DNA from: Octopus sinensis
Lineage: Eukaryota
Reading direction: 5' to 3'
NCBI RefSeq assembly: GCF_006345805.1
Contig: NC_043006.1
Location: 82,274,001-82,338,000, forward strand
DNA length: 64,000 nt
In this document: positions 12,118 to 23,316 of the stretch, piece after piece
How the letters are laid out: the number at the start of each line of letters is the position of its first letter
Numbering within the stretch: the first letter of the stretch is position 1
Notes under the pieces: model-generated
What the model saw: the letters and a program-made list of their open reading frames with translations, nothing else
Databases searched by the model: none
Told to the model about the DNA's origin: nothing
Program-made: the position numbers and the translations under genes

Positions 12118-12556
12118 GATGAAATCCACTCAATCACACGCCAGATTTTATCATAACGATAAATACGCGTGTGGTTCAATTGATTACATCCGACGTTATA
12201 ATTCAAATGCCCCAACTAACAGCGCGCCAAATTTTCACGGAAAACAAATACAGCATTTAGAAATAAATGCAGCATAATTATAATTAATTAATAAGGGTGA
12301 GAGAATTAGATACTAATTTAATAGTATATCTATTCTACACCAAGTGGCCTAGTGCTCCGAGAAACCTGGATTATTATAATATTTTATAATATATTATAAT
12401 ATTTTTACAAAATAAATATAAGAGAGTGGTCACTATATGGCTCACTCTAGCACCAGTTAATCCAATAGGTTTCAACCACAAAAATACATGTTTCCCATGA
12501 AAGTCAGTACGATTGTTAGCTCACACGGACAGGGCAAATAAAAAATAACAAAAATA

Positions 12557-12652
12557 CAGATTATTTTGGGACAATTGTTTCGCTATTAATGAATTAAATG
12601 TAATTTTACTTACAAAAAAATCCACTTGTAGCTCCTCAGCCAAAACTATCTG
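12557..12652 (-). ncRNA. Type I hammerhead ribozyme, unit 2
   Basis: Identical to unit 1 motif. Confidence 0.88.
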
Positions 12653-13090
12653 GATGAAATCCACTCAATCACACGCCAGATTTTATCATAACGATAAATA
12701 CGCGTGTGGTCAATTGATTACATCCGACGTTATAATTCAAATGCCCCAACTAACAGCGCGCCAAATTTTCACGGAAAACAAATACAGCATTTAGAAATAA
12801 ATGCAGCATAATTATAATTAATTAATAAGGGTGAGAGAATTAGATACTAATTTAATAGTATATCTATTCTACACCAAGTGGCCTAGTGCTCCGAGAAACC
12901 TGGATTATTATAATATTTTATAATATATTATAATATTTTTACAAAATAAATATAAGAGAGTGGTCACTATATGGCTCACTCTAGCACCAGTTAATCCAAT
13001 AGGTTTCAACCACAAAAATACATGTTTCCCATGAAAGTCAGTACGATTGTTAGCTCACACGGACAGGGCAAATAAAAAATAACAAAAATA

Positions 13091-13186
13091 CAGATTATTT
13101 TGGGACAATTGTTTCGCTATTAATGAATTAAATGTAATTTTACTTACAAAAAAATCCACTTGTAGCTCCTCAGCCAAAACTATCTG
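13091..13186 (-). ncRNA. Type I hammerhead ribozyme, unit 3
   Basis: Identical to unit 1 motif. Confidence 0.88.
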
Positions 13187-13331
13187 GATTAAATCCACTC
13201 AATCACACGCCAGATTTTATCATAACGATAAATATAACGTTATATAATTATAATGTCGGATGTAATCAATTGAACCACACGCGTATTTATCGTTATGATA
13301 AAATCTGGCGTGTGATTGAGTGGATTTCATC

Positions 13332-13425
13332 CAGATAGTTTTGGCTGAGGAGCTACAAGTGGATTTTTTGTAAGTAAAATTACATTTAATTCATTAATAG
13401 CGAAACAATGTCCCAAAATAATCTG
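13332..13425 (+). ncRNA. Type I hammerhead ribozyme, inverted copy (1-nt deletion in stem III)
   Basis: ...CTGAGGA-GCTA...TAGC-GAAA-CAATG-TC-CCAAAA; the palindrome is broken by loss of one T. Confidence 0.7.
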
Positions 13426-13578
13426 TATTTTTGTTATTTTTTATTTGCCCTGTTCGTGTGAGCTAACAATCGTACTGACTTTCATGGGAAACATGTATTT
13501 TTGTGGTTGAAACCTATTGGATTAACTGGTGCTAGAGTGAGCCATATAGTGACCACTCTCTTATATTTATTTATATAT

Positions 13579-13638
<60 letters not shown>

Positions 13639-13649
13639 TTCTTTATATA

Positions 13650-13698
<49 letters not shown>

Positions 13699-13700
13699 TG

Positions 13701-13796
<96 letters not shown>

Positions 13797-14381
13797 ATAT
13801 ATATATATATATTATATATATATAGGCATGCACACACACACACACACACACAAACATGTATACACATGGGTGGACTGGTAAAATAAACGTAGAGCTTTGT
13901 TAGTAAATCTACCCTTGGTAAATAAACAACCTTGCTAAAAACTGATACTCATGTTTCCATGGTTTCTTAAATATTCAGAAATCTTGAGATATATGAAACA
14001 GAAAAGGAAATTTTATACTGAGAATTGCATGGTTTTAGAAAGAAAAGGAATTGAAGAGGAGGGAGCACAGCTCTGAGTTTCAAACGAACGTAGATCACAA
14101 CTGGGTTTGGCTTCTGTTTTACTTATTTATTTATTTGCAAATTGAGGGGTAGTAACTCAAACGCAAAATTCTCTCAGCTCGCTGTCATACGTGATATAAA
14201 TAATGAAACTGCACTGAACTCCTGGTATATGAGGATCTCCGTGTACAGCCAGTTGAGGAACTCGCCAGATCCAAAATCAACCTGCATAATATAGGTAAGT
14301 GTCCTCTCCAGCTGTCGTTCTTCAATTGACAGGCTTTGACACAGAGCAGACCTGTCCACTCTTACTATTTTGTCACCCTAA

Positions 14382-14612
14382 GGCGGCGAGCTGGCAGAAA
14401 CGTCAGCACGCCGGGCGAAAAGCGTAGCCGTATTTCGTCTGGCATTACGTTCTGAGTCCAAATTCCGCCGAGGTCGACTTTGCCTTTCATCCTTTCGGGG
14501 TCGATAAATTAAGTACCAGTTTCGCACTGGGGTCGATATAACCGACTTAATCCGTTTGTCTGTCCTTGTTTGTCCTCTCTATGTTTTGCTCCTTGTGGGT
14601 AGTAAAGAAATA
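14382..14612 (+). mobile_element. SINE family B, full length
   Basis: ggcggcgagctggcagaa head, B-box-like gagtccaaattcc, tail gggtagtaaagaaata. Confidence 0.85.
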
Positions 14613-14619
14613 ACAATTT

Positions 14620-16230
14620 TTGTCACCCTCAACTACCTTTCAATACATTCACTCGAGAATAGCACCTCCATCTCTGCCCTCGAGTGAAACTTGAAAAAGT
14701 CAACGAAAGCTTCTCCAAAGAGGTAAGTAATGAAACCCCTTTCACTATTGCCATTAGACAGAGAAAAACTGATTTTCCTGTCAATGGAGTGATAACCGGA
14801 TCCATCCCACGCATGGTAGCAGCTACTTTACGTAACTCCACAAGTCAGCAATACTCCAGCACTGAACAAGTTTGTGCAGAACAGTAACGTCGCCCTGTGC
14901 ACATCTCGGACAAATTTATCTGACAGCATTTCCTTGCCTGCAGAGTTTATCTCCATCCGTAAGAGCTTCTCGGTAGTACTGCCAGGTCAAAGACTTCTTG
15001 AAGTTATCCATAGCAGTTCCTGATCTGAAAGCTCTCCTGAGCCATTTAGCCAGTTCAACTTTTTCAATTTTCTAACCTTTCCGAGATCATCATCACTCTT
15101 CCTCGCTACTGATCCTCAATAGATTAATAGGATGAAACAACCACTGAACCTGTTACCTGCTCCGTAGAGAGCAGAAAACGCCATGTGCCCAGTTTCGGTC
15201 TCCGCTTTATCAGAACACCAGGATTGCTGCTCCGACAAAGAAACAAACTGCAGATAAACATGTTTCGTAAACGGTGTTCACATCGTTCATCATTTAGGAA
15301 TCTCTGCAGATAGCAGAGTTTCTGCGGTGGTCTGCGCATAAGTAACATAGCCATACCTAACCTACATGCAGAGGATGCTAGCAGCAGATGAACTGCCTGG
15401 CCAGTGGAGCACATCCTTTTGTAGGTAAAACGACAGTACGTAAGGAGTTGGTGACGGAAATATCTCCTTTTTAACGCCGCACGGTTGCCCTAACAAAATA
15501 AGCCAAAATACATGGTATAAAAGAATAAGTGCCAAAAAGAATAATGAGGACGACAACCGTTCTACTGTTTGAGAGAAGAAGACTTTATTTACAGATGTGT
15601 ACAATAAGATAAAGTATAGGTGCTAGCAAAGTGGAGTGTCTGAGTGCGTGCACATGTGTGTCTGTATGTCCGTTGTATGTACAACGGTGCGTGCAACAAG
15701 TGTTTGTGTCTGTGTTCGTTACAAGAGTGAACATAAGTACAAACAAAGGTGTATGCGGGTAAGACAGAATACAGAGCATAGAAAAAGAGTCTCTCGGGAT
15801 ATTTATGACTAGACGGAGTTAATTTACCAGTTCGTAGTAAGGTTACACAATAGTTGTATTCCTGTAAAAGAGGTTGAGGTCACGCGGCAGTACCGGTTAC
15901 TACACTTTCAACCAGAAGTTGAATAGCAGATATTCTGTTCTAGGTGATAATTGGGGCAAAATATGGTGGTCACTCGCAACCTCTGCCCGAACTTTCAGTG
16001 ACAGCTTTATATTAACCCATTTCTGAGTTAGATTGGTCGCTCTTCTTGTTTCTTCATTTAAGTTCCAGTACTCTTGGAAGTTGGGATCGAACAAGACCCC
16101 CAAGCATTTTAACTGGTTCCTCGCTCTAGCGTTCCATGACACTATCCGTTGGCATGGACCCTGTAGCAGAGGTTCGAAACCGAATCCTTGGATACGTGGT
16201 CAGACAACAGTTTCACGTGATCAATAAGTG
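14620..16230 (-). mobile_element. Decayed Tx1/L1-clade LINE ORF2 3' part, with a ~430-bp insertion (15420-15855)
   Basis: Fragments in order: EPVKMLGVLFDPN...NLTQKWVNIKLSLKVRAEVA, KGCAPLARQFICC, LGMAMLLMRR...IKRRPKLGTW, GKSVFLCLMAIVK. Confidence 0.65.
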
Positions 16231-16644
16231 TCAATCTATGGCGTGATTCAATATTCTTTCTTGTGTCCAATAAAAGACTGCCTTTTGCATGATGTTAGAG
16301 CAGCTGAGCGATATGTGTCTCCATTCTTTCCACACCAGATGGCGCAGATAAATGACAGGGAATCGGTCGCCATGAATATAGCACAATTGTTTCCATTTAC
16401 GTTGGGCAAGGCATATGTTGCTGTATTAATAGCTTGTCGTAAACCCTAAGAAGTATCTTTCTCCCAGAATGTAATTATTACAGTTGTGATCAATAAAACG
16501 CCACCGCAGTTGTCTTTATGTGCAATCATAAAATCTTCTGCTAAACGTTCATATGGGTTGTCCAATTACTTCCACACGCAGCCCAAGAAACATGTTTCCA
16601 TTTATCAACTCAGCCAGCTGTCACCGCAGACAACAACAACACCC

Positions 16645-16832
16645 GCGGAGGCGCAATGGCCCAGTGGTTAGGGCAGCGGACTCGCAGTCGTAAGAATGCA
16701 GTTTCGATTCCCAGACCGGGCATTGTGAGTGTTTATTGAGCAAAAGCACCTAAGCTCCTTAGGCCCCGGCGGGGGAGAGTGGTGAACCCCGCTGTACTCT
16801 TTCACCACAACTTTCTCTCACTTTTTCTTCCT
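16645..16832 (+). mobile_element. SINE family E, 5' part
   Basis: ggaggcgcaatggcccagtggttagggcagcggac head; matches 36088. Confidence 0.8.
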
Positions 16833-17539
16833 ACTTCTGCCACAAAGCAGAGGAACCATGGTGTAACCCTCTATGGTGTGGTTAACTTTCAGACCCTAGT
16901 CTAAATTGCGAATCCTCTGTACCCCAGGATGGTTCAGCTCTCCACCCGTTAAAAAGCCACCGTTTACGGAATGAGGATAACAACGTAGTTTTTGCGCCCG
17001 TGCAACCGCCAGTCTATCGCGTGTGGTGGGTGGATCTTCAAGTTGCCACACGCATTCTTAGTAGCTTAGAGTAGGCTCGAAATAGAGATTATTCTTTGTG
17101 GCTAATCGCGTGAGTCCTGAGTGGAAGAAGAAGAAGAAGAAGAAGAAGAAGAAGAAGAAGAAGAAGAAGACAACACCCAAGCGACAACCCTATCTTCCTA
17201 GGTGCTAAACTGCAAGTTCACCGACTTAGCCCCTACCACCATATTTTGGGTTTTTTTCTCTTTGTTTTTTTTTTTGTTTTTTCTGATTTAATAAAATGTC
17301 TTGTAATTTGATCTTCTCAATGCAAATCCAATTAAAATTTATCTTTGACAATGTAAAACAGTATCGGTTGAGTATGTCTGCATTTTTACTTGTAGCCATT
17401 TGTTATTTATTTTTTTTGTGAAAGTGGATACCAAGTTCATCGCAAAAAGAAGCAATGGCCAGTATTTATCTCATCTACAGGTGCATTTATCTCTTCTACA
17501 GATGTATCTGGCTAAATTATCATTCGCTTGTGAAATCTT

Positions 17540-17927
17540 TTTACTTGTTTCAGTCATTTGACTGTGGCCATGCTGGAGCACCATCTTTAGTCGAACAAAT
17601 CGACCCCAGGACTTATTCTTTGTAAGCTTAGTACTTATTCTATCGGGCTCCATACCGCTAAGTTATGGGGACGTAAACACACCAGTATCGGTTGTCAAGC
17701 GATTTTAGGGGGACAAACACAGACACGCAAACATATACACACACACATACATTATATACATATATACGACGCGCTTCTTTCAGTTTCCGTCTACTAAATC
17801 CACTCACAAGGCTTTGGTCGGCCCGAGGCTATAGTAGAAGACACTTGCCCAAGGTGCCACGCAGTGGGACTGAACCCGGAACCATGTGTTGGTAAGCAAG
17901 CTACTTCCCACACAGCCACTCCTACCT
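17540..17927 (-). mobile_element. SINE family A
   Basis: Full homology. Confidence 0.85.
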
Positions 17928-18377
17928 ATATTTGGAGAAGCTTCATCAATGTGATAAGGCTATGTAACTTTATTTTTCTAATTCAAAACAATCACTGTGG
18001 TATATCGACCAACCGCATCATCATTATTATCATCGTTTTAACGTTCACTTTCTCATGCTAGCACGGATCGGATAATAAACTTTGTTAAGGAAGATTTTTC
18101 TACGATCAAATGCTCTTCCTGTCGCCAACTATCCTCAGCAGAAAGGTAAGATCTCCTTCAATCTATCAAGGAATGAACTGCTTGGACTTGCTTTCGAGGA
18201 AGATTATAAACAAGCAACACCATTTTTTACTATGGTGATGTTTTGTTTACAATCAGCGTGTACACGTCAAGACAAAGGCAACATACATACACATCCACCC
18301 ATACATACATGATGTCATAAAGATCGCTTCATCTTCACACGCTTTCATATCATACACCTACATAATACATCAATAAA

Positions 18378-19505
18378 CACTCAGAGAACGAATACCTCCG
18401 CCAAGGCAACATCAACATCCTCTCAAAGTTTAGCCGGAGTTGATTTGTTAATGAGAATATCTGAAATAAACTCGATTGTTCTCACAAACAAGAATATCGT
18501 AAATCTTCGAGTATAGTCCGCCCTTGAGTATAATACGCAAGAGATTTTTAGGGGGCTGTACCTCTGAAAAGCCTAAACCTTGTGTATGATACGCACCCCT
18601 TCCCTAACTTGAGTCAAGGAGGTCTATATAACGTCCTTGGTTTGTAAAAATGTATACGGTAACGTCCTTCAGCATATGATATAACTTCAAGTTTAAACAT
18701 AGCTGAATAAGATCTACGAGGCATTTTATGGGCATGTAATGTATAAAAATGTTTTATTGGAGATTAATGTGCAGGTTTAAGTCCCGCTTATAAAAAACTC
18801 TAGTAAAGACCCACAGTAGTTCAAACATTTAATTATCTATTGTTTGCCACGGTAATGATACAAACTGCCAATACAAACAGCAGAATGAACTATTTAGCGC
18901 TAATCTATAAAGCACAATTCGTGCGTAATTAAGCCAGTATATGGGAATGTAAATATGTTTGCAAATTGTTTTTGTTACATGTTATTCTGTGTTCTGAATA
19001 CTTTTATTTTAATAAATGTTGCTTACTGCAAGTTATGGATGATTCTTTTATGACTTCATTGCTTTCAGGCTTAGCTTAAGGTATTTTCGCGCCCGACATC
19101 ATAAAATGCGTCTGAATAAACATTGCCGGACAGCAAATAGAGACTCGGGCATTGCTTAGAAAATATTTTTCATATTTAACCTCGTATATAGTACGCTCTA
19201 GGGATTTTGACCTTTAAATTTTGGGGAAAAAAATGCGGATTATACTCGAGGATATACAGTACTAAAAATGAACCCGACCGCTCTCAAAAATTAAGTAAAA
19301 TTAACAGGAAAAATAATCCAGAATCCTTGTCCGGTACCGGATCGATCCCAAAATCTAATCAGTTTGTGCCCGTCACGAGGCCAAACATCCCTGAAAGTTT
19401 CATCCGAATCTATCCAGCGGTTCTTGAGATATCTTGTTCACGGACAAACAAACAGACAACTACAACTGAAAACAATACCCCCGCCTTCGCTAGGGTGGGA
19501 TAATA
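18378..19505 (+). mobile_element. Non-autonomous Helentron-like (DINE/HINE-type) element split by a MITE
   Basis: 5' tacctccgccaaggc, core aagtttcatccgaatc...cggacaaacaaacagaca, 3' stem-loop cccgccttcgctagggtggga; second copy at 25735-26545. Confidence 0.5.
18497..19259. mobile_element. Tc2/pogo-like MITE
   Basis: TIRs tcgtaaatcttcgagtatagtccgc / gcggattatactcgaggatatacag, flanked by TA at 18495-96 and 19260-61. Confidence 0.75.
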
Positions 19506-19519
19506 AATAAATAAATTCA

Positions 19520-19730
19520 ACATGTGGAAACGTTAATCCAAACAACTTTTTTTATCTCTCTCCATGTTTTCTTTCCTTATTACTTTCTGTAGAAGAGCGT
19601 AGGTTCGAAACATCAAAGGCTCTTCTATTTTTCCCAGGCGTCAAACTAATACGCCTGGTTTGTTGCTCCCTCACCTATCTCTGTCTTGTGTTTTGGGGGG
19701 ATTTTTTGTAAAATTTTGAACCATACATAC
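19520..19730 (+). mobile_element. Family D element (HHR-like motif 19583-19618)
   Basis: CTTT-CTGTAGA-A-GAGC-GTAG-GTTC-GAAA-CA-TC-AAAG; (CATA)n tail. Confidence 0.6.
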
Positions 19731-19741
19731 ATACATACATA

Positions 19742-21015
19742 CGAGGGGCGTTCAATAAGTAATGCCCCTGACCCACTTCCCATAGCAGTAGAGCAACGAA
19801 ACTTGGCACAGTTATTAGTCTTTCTCTACATAGGAATCACCCAGAGTTACGCATTTCTCCCATTGCTTGATGCACCTCTGGAGACCGTTTTTGTAGAAGA
19901 CCCCAGCTTGGTCCTCCAACCTGAACGTGACTTCAGAAATCAAGGCTGCATCATCTGGGAAACGCTTTCCTTTCAAAAACAACTTCATGACTGGGAAGAG
20001 GTGAAAATCAGAGGGTGCAAGGTCAGGAATGTAGGGGGATGGGGGAGGAGTTCATAGCCATACGCCTGTGCTTCTGATCTGGCGACAAGCGAGTTGTGGA
20101 CCGGAGCGTTGTCCAGCAGGAGGAGGATATCTTTGCTGATCTTGCCCCGCCTCTTGATTTTGATAGCTTCTCTTAATTTCCTCAAAAGTGAAGCATAATA
20201 GGCTCCTGCAATTGTGGTACCCTTTGCCAGGAAATCTGCCATCACTACTCCGTCCTGGTCCCAGAAGACTGTGAGCATGACCTTGCCAGCGGAGGGCTGC
20301 ACCCTTGCTTTCTTTGGAGGGGGTGAGTCACGGTGCTTCCACTGCATTGACTGGGCTTTGGTCTCTGGATCATCGTGATGGACCCAGGTTTCATTTTGTG
20401 TAATCAGTCTTTTGAAAAATTTTGACTCGTCTTCTTGGCACATCTCCAAATTCACCCTCGAACACTCGACGCGTTCTTGCTTCTAGAAAGGCGTGAGCAA
20501 CCTGGGAATCCATCTGGCAGACACCTTTTGCATATGCAAATGGTCATGAATGATAGTTTCCACAGACCCGGTACTAATCTTGACCTCATGGGCTATTTGG
20601 CGAATAATTATGCGTCGATCTTCCAAAATGGCAGCCTCAACTTGATGGACAGATGCCTCATCAATGGCAGAAGGAGCGACCAGATCTGGGAGCTGTTTCC
20701 ACAGAGTTTCGACCATGTTTGAATTCACGATGCCAGCGTTTTACAAGGTCATATGATGGGGCATCATCACCATAAGTTACTTTCATTTCATCAAAAGTCT
20801 CTCGTAGTGTGCGTCCTTTCCAATACAAAAACCGGATCACTGCTCGACACTCAACAGGCTCCATTTCACACTTGACTCCGTTCAAACACCTGTAAATCAG
20901 AAACCACAATTAATTCAGAGATATAAATGAGATATAAATGATTGCACATGCAAAATTTCAGCTAGATCAAACAACTGCAAGTGGGTCAGAGGCATTACTT
21001 ATTGAACGTCCCTCG
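19742..21015 (-). mobile_element. Full-length mariner with TA TSD; transposase pseudogene 20864->19815
   Basis: TIRs cgaggggcgttcaataagtaatgcc at both ends, TA at 19740-41 and 21016-17. Motifs ITQNETW (first Asp lost), LDNAPVH, PDLAPSDFHLF; frameshifts. Confidence 0.93.
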
Positions 21016-21039
21016 TACACACACACATACACACATTAG

Positions 21040-21180
21040 CCACTTCTGTGTCCCTTTCTGTAGAAGAGCGTAGGCTCGAAACGTAAAAGACTTTTTCTAT
21101 TCCTGGGCGTTATACTAATACACCTGTTTGTTTTGTACACCATCTGTCATCGTCTTTTGTTTTTTTTCGTAAACTCTCCC
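21040..21180 (+). mobile_element. Family D element (HHR-like motif 21054-21089)
   Basis: CTTT-CTGTAGA-A-GAGC-GTAG-GCTC-GAAA-CG-TA-AAAG; followed by (CATA)n. Confidence 0.65.
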
Positions 21181-21901
21181 CATACATACATACATACATA
21201 CATACATACATACATACATACATACATACATACATACATACATACATACATACATACGTACGTACGTACGTACACATGTACGTACATATGTAACGAAATC
21301 GAAAGTAATGATGTTGTTTGAATGCTGATGAAGCATCAGAGGAATGAATGGATGAAGAGCAATATTAATTATGAAGATGGCCTTTCATTTAGTCGATTAC
21401 AAAGTCGTTACAAAATAAGATAAAGCGACATCGTCGCGTCGTTTGTTTGTGTATACACATGTTACTAGTTTGTTGTAGTAAAATACTTATTCGTTCTATG
21501 GATTCTTTGCATGTGGGAGCTAGCATCATTGTCTGCTGCGAGAGACAAAGAAAGGATGGGATTTATATGGTCAAACAGAGAATATAAGCAATGTGTTGTC
21601 CCTCTCTTTTCTGGGGGTTTTTTTTTTTTCGTATCAGAATGCATATTGATCAAAGGGTAGTGATAAAAAAAAAGGGCTGACTAAACCCTTCGCTGGATAT
21701 TTATAAAGTTTGGCAATTAAACTAGGTCACCCTAAAACAAAGGATTGACCTTTCCATGACCAGAGAACGTCTCAAAAGTGAATTCATCCTCATTAATTTT
21801 CAAGTGCACAGAGGAGAAAACAAAAGACCGGAAATTTATCTGACATTTAATAAAAATGTAGATTCAGTTTCGAATCCTCCCAGCTGCTGTAGCTGGTACC
21901 T

Positions 21902-21984
<83 letters not shown>

Positions 21985-23264
21985 TACATACAATTTACAT
22001 TTATACCAATAATGATTGGTGCACTTCGTTTTGTAAGTAAATGTCTAACTGTCAGTCTGGATAAGCTTAGAATTTCAGAAAATGAAATCACCTGATTTGC
22101 ACATTACAAATACAGTATGTAAGCGGAACAGTAAAACTATGCAAGACTTTTCTCTGGTTTAAAATGTGATATTGCTTTCGTTATCTACATTCCAAAGACG
22201 GAGCTTTGTATCATTATTAGAAACCAACTGCTTCTTTAGAGGAGAATTTTAAATGATTAAAAACAGAAGATACGTACATACATATACACACAGACGGACA
22301 GACATATATACGATTGCGAAGTGACGAGAATGGCTCTTTAGTACATCCCACGGTCGATACAATGAATATAAATTGAATAATACATATAAGTGCCAGTGAG
22401 AAAAAGAGAGACAAATGCGTAGAATGATTAAGGGACGATTTATTGATGTGTTAACATGTATGTCAGTAATAATAGACAGACTATCACGAGAAAAAAATGT
22501 ATGTGCGTGTGTAAGCATAGATGTATGCATCTGTTAAGAACATCTAAGGATGGCAATGAAGGAGACAGTGAAAGAGTCTATAGCCATCGAAATAAGGAGT
22601 TCATAGACACAAGTAAAATAAATAATACTAGTTCGTAGTCATTTGTACATATTAGTTGAAATACTGTATCAAGAAGTTGTGGCCATGATGCTGAGCTAGT
22701 TACAGGTACATGTCGTACGTGAAGTTCTGGCTGTGATGCTGCTGCCTGAGTCACTTGTTACAGGAGTTCTTGCAGGTTGTATCTTCGCTGTTGATCCATA
22801 GTGAAGTTATTCACAAACAGAGAAGTGTTATAACCTGGGTGAGTTGCTTGTTTAGATGTGTACGTAGAGAGATGATGTTGATGATGTTAAGAAGATGATG
22901 GTGGCCACGAAGACAGAGGTTGCCGTAACGCTACTGGACGAAGTTGGTAAGTCTCAACGTGGCTGTTGTGGTGTTGTCGCTGAAACTGGCTGTGTCTTGT
23001 GTGGTCAGTGGCTAGACTTTAAAAGGTCTGAAACCAATGACGTATAATGAGGAAAAAGCTGGATTTTTATAGAAAGTAGTAAGCTCGAAATTGGGTTCAA
23101 AAAAGGTTGTTCAAGTGATGCTATTAAAAGTTTCTGACTGGCTATCCACGGCCAGTTGGCACAACAGAGTAGGAGACAAATTGTGCCAATATCAACCAAT
23201 CGTAGTAGTGGACACACGGGATACAAACAGCAGCCGAAGACCAGTTGGTCCCTGCTATGTTCGA

Positions 23265-23316
<52 letters not shown>

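Larger units (their letters stand above)
11749..13572. mobile_element. 535-bp tandem repeat (~2.8 units) plus inverted partial unit, in (TA)n
   Basis: Unit starts 11749, 12284, 12818. Direct array ends 13234; inverted copy 13246-13572; copies nearly identical. Confidence 0.92.

Noticed and set aside
8259-13572. Tandem repeats as CRISPR or satellite arrays
   Set aside because: No short repeat-spacer structure, and the context is eukaryotic. Units are long, ribozyme-bearing and partly inverted.
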